Assembly: GCA_036172245.1 (NCBI GenBank)
Contig: JAYWIR010000003.1
Coordinates: 6,634,001-6,698,000 of the forward strand
Reading direction: 5' to 3'
DNA: 64,000 nucleotides
DNA from: Raillietiella orientalis
Taxonomy: Eukaryota
The position numbers and the translations under genes were made by a program. Below are positions 11,146-23,879 of this stretch, in pieces (the first letter of the stretch is position 1; every line of letters starts with the position of its first letter). The notes beneath the pieces were generated by a model. The model was not told the origin of the DNA, made no database searches, and saw only the letters and a program-made list of their open reading frames with translations.

Positions 11146-14100
11146 CGGGCCGGGAGGTCAATCAGCTGTCCATGCCGAAGAAGAGGAGCTGCCGGAACGG
11201 CGGGAGGGAGGCACCCCTCACGTGGCGCGCTTAGGCTGCGGGTCGGTCGCGGAGGAACCAGAGGAGCAGCCCCTTTTTTCCCGACTCGCCGTGGTCGTGG
11301 CTTCCCGCCCAGTCTGGAAGAGTCGCAAGCCGTGAGGCGACCGCGGGGAGTCGCCGCCGTCGCGACCGGGATCGAAGGGGGGGGGGGAGGAAGGGGGATC
11401 GAAGGCGCACGAACGATAGGGCAACAACTTTTACTCGTTCCCAGCATCGCAGCTCCGAGTAGGTCCCCTTAATAACCTACTGTGACGGTTGCGTGGGAAG
11501 GAAACTTCCAATTGCGCAGTAGGAGGATGCCGTTCCAGCTTTGGAAGGGAAGGAAGCCGTAGGGGGGGAAGGAGGATTGCGACGAGGGCAGAGATCCCAG
11601 CCGAGTCGCTGCAGCTCGTCTGGTTGCCGTTGCCGATCCCTCTCTCGTGCAGAGGTGTGGTGAGGTTCCGGAGATGAGTCGCACCTTCGCTAGCAGCAGG
11701 GTGCGAGGGGGGCGGGGGAGGGAACGAGATGCGAGCAGCCTGCGAAAATCTGGCAGTCCCAATGTCCCTCCAGGGATACCGGGAGCTCCAGTGACTCTTC
11801 CCGTTCCAAACGAAGGAAAATCGCTTTGTCATTTCCAAGAAGGGAAGGCCTTACATTTCTTGCATTCCATCAAAGAGTCCCCCCACTTTGCTTCAGCTCC
11901 TCCCTTGAGACTTGTCTCTGTCTCTTTAGACTTGTCTTCCATTCTCACGGGCATTTCGAAAATGCCCCCCAGCGCCCGCGGCAAATGTCAGAACAGTCAG
12001 CACTTCATTCCCGTAAACGAAACTGGGAAAATTTTCACCGTCATCATCCTGACGAGAGTGGAACCTATGAAAGATACCAACGCCAGCTGGACCGCGAATC
12101 AGAAACCTCCCGAATGGATTTTTCCGAAAGCCTGCCCAAGGAAGGTCCGAGAAAGGTTGCTGCTGCCGCCAGTACGGCCTGAAGAAGTAAGGAGTGAAAG
12201 GAGCGGAAGTAGAAGAAAGAGTAAAGGGAACAGAAAGTACATATTGCTTTCCGACCAGAAGACCGACAATGCTCGGGAGGCATCATTCCCTTTTACCGAG
12301 CCAAAAACAAGGAAAAGCACGAAGAAGAGTTTTCGTTTCTGAAATCTCACCTGGAAAAAAAAAAAAACAGCGCACTTCGCAATGCATTAATTAGGAGAGA
12401 TCACTCGCGGATCGCATCTTTCTGCTATGGCGGAGATGAAACCTAGACTGCTATACAAAGCACGACCTTTCGCACTGAAATATCTCTCTGTGCCGTGCTA
12501 GGTGGTCACAGTGAGACCTCTGCTGGACAACAGCCTCCAAGAGACTTCCGCCGGCAAGGGTCCTCCTCCTGCCTCACCCCGCCGTCCGAGGGAGAGGAGA
12601 GATGGTGAGTAGTGAGATCTCTGCACTAAGCACGCTGAGTACGCTTAGCGAGTCGTTGCCCCCGCGTTCCCGAAAATCCAAGTCCTCCAAAAGACGTGCA
12701 GAGACACGTAGTAATTGACTGATGCGTTGCCCTGGTGGGCAGTCGAAACCCAACAATTCCTCGCTTCGGCTAACTCAATCATCTTGCTTCCTGGAAGGCA
12801 CCTGAGTCACTCTAAACTCTGCGAGCCCTGAATGAGGAAGGCGGCTGCATAATGGGTTGCATGTCGTTCGACTGGAGATCTCCTGCTACCAGGCATTCTT
12901 CGGGTCATCACGACTGGCTTCCGTAAATGAGTCATGTGTTCACAATGGGCAACTGTGGGTTTTGGGAGACAATTCTTCATCCAGCTGCCAAGAACTCGAG
13001 AACTGTGGTGCATAAGGTGGTGAAAATTCAGTGAAGTTCAACTTTCCCAAATGCTTGCTCTGCTTCCATTTGTTTGACAACCTCACTTTTGATTTCCTCG
13101 GCGGCGCCTTGTTTGCACGTCTGTGCTTTTAGGGTGTAGGATGAATTCCCCATCTAAGACTACATCGTTTTCTACACCCTGAAGACTTATTCTCTCTGCT
13201 TCTTACACGGCACATTGTGGCATGTAGTTTTCCCACGATGAAAGTTCTGTGTTTTTTCTTTTCTCTCGTTACAGACAACACTGAACTGCAAATGCGAATT
13301 TTCCGTATCTACCATGATACAGCAGTTTCTGTTTTTTTTTTTTTTTTTTTTTTTGGGGGGGGGGGGGAGGAATGATTCGGAACGTGACTCAGTTTCTATA
13401 GTGTTTCAGAAGCAGTGTGGATTTCAGACATCACGTGCAGGGTGAAACTTGTGCTGACCCTTGAGGCTGGGCGGAAACCCCTGAGCGCTCAAAGTCGGCT
13501 CAAGACGCTCGAATTTCGGATGGCAACAACCCGTGGGGGGTGTCGGTGACTTTTGGAATGTCTTTCTCAGTGCTAAGGGAAAAACGCGTGTTGGAATCGG
13601 GGAGGGGAGGGGAGGGGAGGGGAGGGGGGCACGTGCTGTGAGTGTGTTGTGCAATGCACGTGTGGCAATCCTTGCAGACGACGCACTCGTAGGCCTACTG
13701 AGGGAAAAACCGTTCTGAAAATTCCGTTTCCGATGGGACGTACACTTTGTGCTGCTGAGGTGTACGGAGCGGATGTGACAAATTATGTGTACACTTGTGC
13801 CTTTTTTTTTTTTTTCTTCCTCTTCCCCTCCCCTCCCCTTGTTCAACGTAACTTAATTTTGGAGTCGTCTGCGAGCAAATGCGAAACCGTGGCTCAATCG
13901 AGTACGGATTTGGAGGGGGGGGGGGAACCTGCGATAAAAAAAAAATAAGCCCTTCGTGAAATTAAGTTTCTGTCATTAGTGTTGCTTCGTCATTTATCAT
14001 CAGGGATGCACGCGCACACACACACGTTTCGCGCATGCATTAAAAGAAACGGAATTCAACATGGAAAACAAGAAATGATGAGAGTGAGCTTACCAACGAG

Positions 14101-17100
14101 GTTTAGCAGGAGAACGCATAGTTAAGCACAGGCGATTGTTGTGTCCTGCACGGCCTTTTTGTTGCTGTTGTTGTTTTTCTGTTTTCATTTTTCCTTTTTC
14201 TTTGGAAGCGTTTTAAATAGGAGTGCCGACGTCGAGTAGGGACGAATGGCAGTCGGAACACGAGTCTTCCAGGTTTTGGGAATGCTATTCTTTCACTTGA
14301 AGTCTGTCTTACGTGTAATCCGGTAGTTTGCACAGGCAGCCGTAAATATAAAGTCACTACCACGATGCATTGCTGCCACGAATCGGGAATCCCTGGCATT
14401 TTCCACACTTTGGCCTTTGAGACGATTTGTTTTGCATGCAGGCTTGTGGTACACGTTTTGGAAGCCGGCACTGGTAGCAAATTTTTTTCCTGCTTGCTGA
14501 TCACTGACCCTTGGTTCCTGATGTCATCCCGATTCGGGAAGTCTCGTGCAGATAAATGCATGTATTTTATTGCGCATACCGTCCAAGAAGTTCAATTGTG
14601 TAGTACAATTTAGGCTGTACAAAGAGTACTCTTCTTCATGATTAAGCTGGTCTTGCAACTTTGCCATGAAGATATATTTTTGCAGGTTTGAGGTTTGGCG
14701 ATCGGTGAGTCTAGTGGAGCAAATGTTGATGTTTAAATTGAGCTGCATTAAGATGTTGCACATGTTTATTTGTTATGTGTGAGTTTTGCACATCAAGGAG
14801 TGTTATGCGTCAGGTGCCTTTGAACAGTTAGGAAGCCAGATAGGAGAACTTTTGTTTGCACTGTGTGTGTGCAACCGAAACATTGAATGAAATTTCTCAT
14901 GGATTTCTAAAATTCTGTAGGAATAAGTAACACGTTCTACACAAATTCTACATTTTAAATCTTGTTGTTCTACACCAGAGCTTTTCACTTGGATGGGTAC
15001 TTAATGCACCCTAAGTGTATTCTTCTAACACTCAGAAAATTAAAGTTTTATTTAAAAACATGTCACCAATGTTGGACTATAACTGTTGGTGCTTGACTGA
15101 CATTTGGAATTATTATGCATGAAATTTATGACTCAACCCTTTTGAATCTGGACTTATTGAAAAAGCAAAAACACACAGGACGATGAAATCAGTTTGAAAA
15201 TGAAATCAAGTAATCCCAGAGAGTGAAATACTGCATCTTTTTAGAAAGCAAAAAATGCACGACCATGTTGTTTATTTAAAAATTTTTCAAAGGCTTCAAT
15301 AAGTGGAACTGCCCTTGAGAGCAAAGTTGCACTTGAATGCGATGTGTGATGCTTCCTTGAGAGCAAGGAAGCATCAAAAAGCAGCAGATTTGTGAATTCT
15401 TTGCATTCTTTTTGTAAACCTGATGGGAATCTGCCCCAAATTTTCTATGGAAGAAGGTTCCTTCTGCATGTTCAATGATGTTTGAGCTTTTTGTTTTGCT
15501 ACTTTGGATGTCAAAATCTTTCAGAAAGGCTCTAAGGAATACGACAGTGGTACAGATAGTCAATATGAAACATGCTAATATTCATGTTATGGAACAAGAA
15601 AAGAAAAAAACACATTTAGGAAACACCAATCAAGGCAAAAATGTAATTTATTTATGTAGTTTAATTCAAGTTGATTTTCCTGGGGATCTCTCATTAAATG
15701 TGTAAATAACAAGATCAGAGTTCTGGGTATAAGAAATGAATTATTAAAATTGGAAAACACAAACAGATTATAGCAATCAAAGAAGGAGATTCATGCATAT
15801 CATCTTTGATTTTTAAGGTTGCAGTTTTTTTTTTAAAAAAAAAATACTGTGTTACAAGTGCAACATTTGCTCATGTTGAAAAACATGCAATTTTATTTGG
15901 TTCCAATTTTGCAAGAACTGAACTTCCACACGGATGCAAAAAAGTGAATGGTACATTTGATTGAAAGACATAATGGACCAAGAAAGAGACCAGGAAAGGC
16001 AAAAAACTTGGTGTTTGGTTGGCAAATAAAAATGACACAAACTGTTGAAACGGAGCTCTCTGAATTAAAATGACTGTATGCAGTACAGATTCCAGGTTAG
16101 TGAGTATGTAAACTTAAGAATTTGTCCACCAATGGAGCAGCGTTGCAATTTTCAGTCATCGCTGACTGATTAGTGGCACCTCTTTCACCCCATTCACCTT
16201 GGAAGCTTACTGGCAAAAGCAGCTGCCGATGTATCACCGTATAGCCATGTATAGTCACAGCATTTCATGTGGAAAGAGGAGTTTCAAGTTTTAGATGTTG
16301 TCTTCAGAAAAATCCTCAGATCTGTCAAATCTGCCTCCAGAGTAGAGGAATTAAAGCAATCTCTTCAAATATGGATGACTTTTTTTTGTATGTTTCAGAA
16401 GCTGTGGGTTGCTGCAGCATATTTGATGCTTGCTTACATTTGTGTTGTTTTTCATTTGCTATGCTTTTGTTGCTTTGTGAAGTACTTGCAACCACACGCA
16501 TGCTATCAGTGATTTTTGCAACACTGTGTGCCTCTTTGTGTGTTGGAGAAATCTGTTGGTCAGCTCTGTCTTCAGGTGCTGAGATGAGTGATTGCTGGGA
16601 TCAGTGCGTGAGGACAGAGTTGGAATCCGTTCTAAGAGATGTGCTTGTTTTGGAAAGCATTATAAAATCCAAGATTCAAGGTGATGTTATGCAGTCGGGC
16701 TGCCAGACCGGACCACTTTCTCATGATTTGATGTAGATTTTATACAAATGCGTGGGCGATTGTATATGTAAAGATACGTTTTTGTTGCATTATTCCAACA
16801 GTTGAATTTGAAATCAGTATTCCAATAAAACTTTTTTTGAAGAAAAAAAATTCTCAGTCATCTTCTTAAATTAAAATTTTCTTCTTTGCGGTGTGAAATA
16901 CTGAATTTTCCCTTCACACGGTACAGAATCGAGCCTGTTCTATGGTGGCACCCTATGTAAGCAGCATCTTCGATGTAGTTGCTGAGCTCACTTGTGGGGA
17001 ACACGTGATTGTGTTGCTTTTCCTTCAGTGCTTTGGTTTCCCTTCCCCCCCCCCCCCTCGATGGGCGCTTGGTATGGAAAGATCCGTGCAAGTTCACTTT

Positions 17101-18062
17101 TCAAAAATGCAGATTCCCTTTAGAAGGCAAACACGAAATCAAAAGTGTTAAGAGAATGGCAGCATCATTGGTACTTGGTAAATCCAGGCCTTGAACCCCT
17201 CGAGCCGTAAGGTTGCTTCTTCTAAATCCTTTCCAGCATGGACTCCTGGCACCGGAAGTCCACTCGACGCAAATCCGGTAATCGCACCACCGTGCACTGT
17301 CCACGAAGATGCAGAGATACACACCGTAGGCGCTCAAAGATCTTTAAGCGTCTACCATCATATGCTTGCACTGGAGAGAAGGCGGTGTTTCATGGAGGGT
17401 ATTCGGAGGGGTCCCCGCCTGGAGGCACTTCCGGTTTACCGCGCCCTCGGCCTGTCCCGGGTGTGCGTTCGGTACTTGGAAAAGAGAGAGAAAAGCAACC
17501 GGCGGAGGTTTCCTTTCGTTTAGAATGGGGGGAAAAGACACGTGTAGACACGATTTCGTGTTTCAGCCACTTTGGTTCCGTCTTGTCGCGCCTTTTCCCC
17601 CCTTTCTCCCCGTTGCTCTTCGTTTCCGAGGGCTCTCTTCTCTTTAGAAAAAGGGGGCCCGGAAGGACAGCGGTAGGAGTGCCGTTCTTCAGCAGGCACC
17701 CTCTTTTAGTACCTCAACCTTTGCTCCTAAAAGAGGACGGCTCACGAATCGATGAGCCGTGCGCAAACTTTTGTCCGTGTCAGCTATTTGTGTCCGTGTC
17801 AGCCCTCCGCAGGGTACGTCGTTTGGTACGCCGATGCCTTGCCAAGTACTTCTGGCTGGGGCACCCGGGAAAACCCTCGAAGCTCTTGGCTTTCGTTTTC
17901 CTCCCCGACTAATTAAAGGAAGTCCCGCAAGGAAGCTGCTGAACCGCCCGCGGGGTCTCTTCGGACCCCCGAGGCCCGCGGTGTCCACGGCCCCCCGTGG
18001 TACATCTCCGGCGCCCCACGGAAGACAAGAAAGCTGCAAGAAGGAAAAAAAAAAAAAAAAAA

Positions 18063-18068
<6 letters not shown>

Positions 18069-18113
<45 letters not shown>
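18069..18113. repeat. (AG)n microsatellite following a poly(A) run
   Basis: About 22 consecutive AG units seen directly. Confidence 0.95.
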
Positions 18114-18116
<3 letters not shown>

Positions 18117-20639
18117 CGTGAAAGAACCGACCGCCGGCGGAGGAAAATTAAAGCGCGCGGGGGCAAGCAGGGAACGAAGGCACGGGAAATTGACGTCTGA
18201 AGGAATTAACGTGCACGGGGAACGGGAATAGGTGGGGGGGGGGAGGGGAGGAGAAATTAATATGCGCGAGCCCGACCCCGGCGCGGCCGTGGGCACACAC
18301 ACGGCTGCAAGACAAGTGCTCAGCGGAAAGCTGGAGCCGAACCAAAAAAAGGAAATGAAAAAAAAAAAAGGAAGAAAAAAATGGATCCACAGGACGTAAG
18401 GTGCTTTTATGCGACTGCTCTGTGATATATATGTAATGATCATGAAAGCAGTCAATTCCTGGGGCAATCAGACAGAAGAGGGGAATTCGTTTGTTTTGTG
18501 TTTTCTGTTGCCGCCAGCAGCAATTGGAGGAGCACTTGCCGTCGACGATACGCACCGTCAGAAGCACTTTAATTGAAATTACGAATTATCGTATAAGTAT
18601 CCGAAGACGTGGAGGAACACACATGTCGTGCACACGTCTCGTGCAAGTCATAAAGGCATCTCATTTCTATGTATTTATTGTGAGGTGCGGAGAGCAATAA
18701 AAACCTTTGGGGTGGCGCTCTGCATTCCTACGTTTATTTTCAGAATGATATTGTCTTTCGAAAGAAAGAAAGGGGAAGAGGGGAGGGGCGAGGCTTCCGA
18801 TTTTTCACCACGCCTCGGGGGGGCGAACCGGATCCCCCGACAGCCAGCCAGCAATCCCCCCACCCCACTCGCTCCCGGGACCGTCCCGGGTGAGTCGACC
18901 TTCCGTGGCAGCCGCGCACCTCTTCGGCCTTCCTCCTCGGCTGGAAAACGCGTTGCGTGCGCAAAGGAAAAGGAAAAGAGGAAGCTTTTGAGGTCGACTG
19001 CTCCTCCGCTTTGCGAGCAGCGCGCAGTCACCTCGCAACGGGGATCCCGTGGGTAGTCGGCGGGCGCAGTTGCGCTCTGCATGGCAACGGGAATTCGATC
19101 TCCGCAGCTTCCCCGCAGCGCCGGCGTGCTCGCGCGCGCGCGCGGTAAATCGGTGCGCATCTTCGCCCGAGATGAGCGAAAGGTCCATCGGAGGACGGTT
19201 GCCAAGCTCGTGCTTCTGCGGATGCGCCTTCGGGATCCAACGACGACGAGGGTTCCCTTTCCTTCAGTTTCCCAAGCCTTTCTTCTTCTTCTTCTTCTTC
19301 TCCTCTCGTGCGGTGCCCCCCCCCCCCTGCCTTCCGTAGCGAGGGTCTTGCTTGGAGTGTTTTGGAACGTTTCCGTGTTTCCGAAACTCTCTGACACAGT
19401 TTCCAGATGTCGTCATCACGGCGCTTCGTCTCGCATTCCAGTCGAAAGACAACAGCAACGTCGACTGAGGGATTCCTCCTCATCTCTCGGTGTTTCCTTT
19501 TTTTTTTTTTCTATTTTTTTCCTCGTTTTCTACGAATTATCTCTTCACTTTGCTTGCAGCTGGTTTTAAATCAGTCGGTCAGAACTGCCGTGGCCATCAC
19601 CATTTTCCAACCCTTGTAATAATCAGCATTGGAAGCACAATGCTGCTGAAGAAAGGGAAAAAAAGGAAAGAAAGAAACGGGAAGAAGAAGTGGTTCCCCG
19701 GCATTCCCATTCACCGTCCTCTTTGATCTTAGCCAAAAGGCCGAAAAGCGATTGCTGTTATTCACTGTATAATAATTTCGGTTTCATATTACCGTTGAGA
19801 TCTCGGTGCTGACTCCAATATCGGGAACGTCCTCTTCGTTCCTGTTACTACGAGCTTTCCAGAATTGCGGCTGAATAGAAAAAAAAAAAAAAAAAATAGG
19901 ATAAAAAAAAGGAGGGAAGAAAAGAAAAGGGAATCCCCCTGAAGTCCGTTGCTTTCCTTTCTGCGTTGCGTGGGAACTTCGCATCCGCCGGACCCGGTCG
20001 TCAGCGTGCATCGTCGCTGCCATGCCACGGCACACCTCGATTTCCGGAGCCGTTCCGATGCCATCCCAATCAAGAAGAGGAGGGAGGGATGTTCGGGTCC
20101 AGCTGTTTCGCCTCCGCTGGCTACTCAATCTCGAAACGAGAGGAAGGGGGAGAGAGAGAGAGATCTATCCGTCGCTCCTTGCCGTCCTCCGGAATTCCCG
20201 AGGAGCCGCTGAACTGGTCTGCCCTGAAATTCCTGAAGTGTACTGCCCTTTCCCGTTTCAAGTAGCTTCAGCTCTTCCTCGAGCTTTCGAGTTTTCTTTC
20301 GCTCGTTCCCGCCCGAGTGCAAAGATCTTTCGTAACTTCCGCTGGAGACGGTCTCCAAGCACTTCGCTGTCGCTACGCGATTACGAGGCTCCTTTTGCAC
20401 GGCAGGTCCACCTCGGGAAGCTGGTCGGGAACGCCGCCTGATCGCTTTCTACCGTTAAGCATCGCGCGGCCACTTTCCGCCAGCGAAATTCTATTCCTGA
20501 TAGAGGACTGGGTTGAAGTTCCAGTAGAACGCATGCGAACTGACGTCGACCTCGCGGTCACGGTAAAAAAAAAAAAAAAAAAAAAAAAACCAAAAACGTG
20601 GCTCGAAATTTCACGGCATGAGGACGCGAATACGAGGAA

Positions 20640-21320
20640 GGAAACCGGAAACCTCCATCCAGGATGGAGTCGAGCTGGGGTGGATGTTCCGCTGGAATAC
20701 CTGGAGTGTCCCCCGGTGCTCATGGACACCCGCACCCTCCCATGAAAGTGGCGGGATTCGGCACTGTTGCTGCTGCGCTGGGGTCTCCCGTGCCACGCCC
20801 GCCGGCATCACTGCACGCGGAGGGGCAGGGGTGGACTCTACCTGTGGTAGGTGCGGCGAGCGTGAATCCCTCCCCTACCTGCTAGTGGAATGTGTTCATC
20901 TGGCGCCTCCGGGAACGCTTTGCCGTGACCATGGGAACACCCGGAGGCATCTCCAGGGACGCTTTGGAACCCCTCTTCGTTCGTGGCGCCCTTCGGCCGG
21001 CTGCCTCGCTCCCTACGAGCTCTCTGCCTCCTACGCGGGATCGTCGCTGCGTGGTGCAACATAGCAGGAGCGCGCAGCGACAGGGATGCCACATCCACTT
21101 CGCCGTCCACTTCATCAGGATGGCAACGCGATGGTCCCACCTGGACAACTCTATCCACCAAGATCTTGCCGGCATCCTACGGAGAATCACAGGACCACCA
21201 CAAGAAGAACGTGACCGCAGGCTCACACGCAAAAAGCGCGTAGCTGGACCGCCGGTCCAACCACAGTTCTCATGAGATGTTTATCTTTTATTGAAACAAA
21301 CGCCCGGGCGCACTTGAGTG
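20640..21320 (+). mobile_element. 3' fragment of L1/Tx1-like element (copy A)
   Basis: LECPPVLMDTRTLP*KWRDSALLLLRWGLPC, CGRCGERESLPYLLVEC (CCHC finger with H>Y), FAVHFIRMATRWSHL…DLAGILRR, and a degenerate terminal motif aacaaacgcccgggcg. Aligns by eye with copies B, C, F and H. Confidence 0.8.
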
Positions 21321-21939
21321 AGAATCCAGGGAAGCCCTGGGCGCTCAAGGAGCGCTTTCAAGGATACTTTCGCTCCGCCCCAGGGACGCATTCCTGGTCG
21401 TCTCTGGGGCTGACTTCATGCAGCCGGCCGCGTCCGTCATCACCAAAGCTTCCGAGGACGAAATTTTCTGCATCCTTTGCCTCCTGGTCACACCGCGACT
21501 CCTCCTTCCCTCCTGCTCGCCTCGGCGTCAAGTAGACGCTCTCGGAGCAGAGCTTCGGAGCCCCGCAGCAAAGGTGAGGAGAATTCGGTGAGAAGGAGAG
21601 CCAGCAGTTCGTGGGGATCGCTCTTGTCAGCGGGCCTCGAATTAAGAGCGTACCGAGCACAAGACCAAAGACCCCTTTCGGACCCGTTTGCGGGCTGCCT
21701 CAGGGAGACGACCTCGTCCGCGAGTGTACAAGAAATGCGTTTGGGTGTCCGGAGAATGCGAGGAGTAGGGACTCACCCTTGCTGCCGTGGTAAACGAGCT
21801 GAAGGCCAAGCACGGAAGCTTGCATTTCCGGTGGCATCTGCGAAGACGAAAACGAGCCGATTCCTGATTGGTAGAAACAGCAGGAAATCAGCCAGGAGCC
21901 GTCGGGGAAGGGGGAAGGGGGGGGGGGGAGGAACGAAGG

Positions 21940-22280
21940 ATTTGGTCACAGCACAAGAATGCCCCCGATGCCCACTACTTCTCCGGGGGAAGGGGAGAAA
22001 CCTTCCTCCGAAGAGAACCCCAAAGGGACTCTGACGAATTTCTCTGGAGGGCTCTTCTCAAAGGAAGCAGCGCTCTTCTTGACACTCTGGAAAGGCAACT
22101 CACCCCCAATGGGGAGGTCGGTTCCATGTGCACAACCGGAAGGGAACCCCTTAGGGGCTCCTTGATTCCTGGAATGACCCCGGAGGGTCAACTTGCCGTC
22201 CCAGAGGCCGGTCGACGGAGGCATCCGGGGGTTTCCGGCTCCGTCCAGTGCTGCCGCACCTCGAAGTCTGCAGTCCAACC
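21940..22280 (-). mobile_element. Inverted internal fragment of the same element (RT palm/thumb region)
   Basis: The reverse complement matches 30910-31135 in blocks such as aagttgacc.tccggggtca, ccagagtgtcaagaag.gcgctgct and ccctttggggttctcttcggagga. Confidence 0.75.
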
Positions 22281-22324
22281 AACAACGTCCTCTTGGGGGG
22301 GGGAAGGGGGGGACTCGAAACCAT

Positions 22325-23526
22325 GACTCGAGGAGGGCGCAGCCGCCCGGTCGCCAACGCGGGTCTTGACCACTCCCCGAGGGTGGAGATCGCAGCTTCA
22401 TGAACCTCACGGCGATGGCGCCGCTACGCACAGCGAGTTGCGTCGACTACCCCTCGGGAGACAGGGTTGCCAGCTATGTCAAAGGGGAGCAAAATCGAAG
22501 GGGAACAGTGAGCTTCCCTGTCGTTCCTTCGGCCTGGAGGTGGTTGAAGTCGAATTTCATCGGGAGGCCACTTCCTCTCCTCCCCTTCTGGTCTTCCGCG
22601 GAATTACAGTGGGAAATTCGCCTTCCGGAAAGGTGAACTCGCGCTGTGTTGTGTGCAGGAGGCCACGTTCCAGGGAAGAAAGAACAAAAAACAAAAGGGC
22701 TGAATGTACGAACGGCGGAACGCGAGCTCCCCCCATGGAGGCGCATCCGAGAGGCAGTACAGTGCCTCCCCCCTCCCTCCCCCCCAACGTGCTGGAACAG
22801 CGCTACGCTCCCCCTACCGTGGCGGGAGTCGGCGACTCCTGCCACGGGAGGCCTCAGTGCTGTTGCCCTGGGGTCTCCCGTGCAACGCCCGCCGACACCA
22901 TTGGACCCGGAGGAGTGTAAGCCCGACTGCAGCAGGTGCGGCGAGAGAGAGTCCCTCCCTCACCTGGTCATGGATTGTGTCGTCCTCCGTCCCATGTGGG
23001 AACGCTTTGCCGCGTCCCTGCACATCCCCAAGGGCAACCCCAGAGACGCTTCGAAGCACTTCTTCCTGTGCGACGCCCTCACGCCGGCAGGCCGCATCCC
23101 CAGCAGCACTTTGCCGGCGGGACCGTGGCTGCATGGAGCAACGCCAGGGGAGTCCACGACGGCAGAGACGCCATTTATTTTCTCGTCCTTTTCATGAGGA
23201 TGTCTTCAAGATGGCCCCAACTGGGAATAGCGAAACAGGAACTCGCCGGCATCCTAACGAGGATGCAGAGGATTCCCTCCAGCACACAGTGATCCCTTTC
23301 CGAACCCCTCCATTTTTTTTTTGTATATACTTTTTTGTTTTATTTTTTTCCCTTTTATTTGCCTCCCCTTCCTCCCCTCTGCTGCGGAGCCGAACCCCGC
23401 CGGCCTGCGCGCCGGTTCCCGGCACGTTCCTTCCTGTATATCCATGTAACGTGGCAGAACCAGGCGTCCTGCCACTAACCTGTTTGTTTATTTTTCTAGA
23501 AATAAACGCCCCGGCGTGACCGGGTG
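22325..23526 (+). mobile_element. 3' portion of L1/Tx1-like element (copy B)
   Basis: PLPEGGDRSFMNL (P..EGGLG-like), intact C-x2-C-x7-H-x4-C finger CSRCGERESLPHLVMDC, then RDAIYFLVLFMRMSSRWPQL…ELAGILTRM-stop, a T-rich 3' UTR and AATAAACGCCCCGGCGTGACCGGGTG. Confidence 0.85.
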
Positions 23527-23879
23527 TCCTACCCATGGAGGCGCCAGGGTGCGAACGCTCCAGGTTTCCGGGAGCTCCGCCTTTGATCCAGGCACCTTCC
23601 AGAAAGCGCACGTGTCCGAAATTTCTCGTTCCGAGCGGAGCGGGCGCAGCATCCGCATCCATCTGGCGGCTAGCGAAAGGGACAGGGAGAGACTGTATCG
23701 ATTCATCCCGCTCGTGCCGTCCTCGGAAGAAGAGGCCTCGAAGGCGACGCTTTGCTCTTTCAGGGGCGGCGCCCGTTTTCTAGCCGCGGTCCGACGCGCA
23801 TGGGGGGGGGGGGGAGGTCGCCCTCTTATGGGTTTCGTTGCGGCGGCGCGCGCACGCAAGTCCGTCTCCCGTAGCCGAA

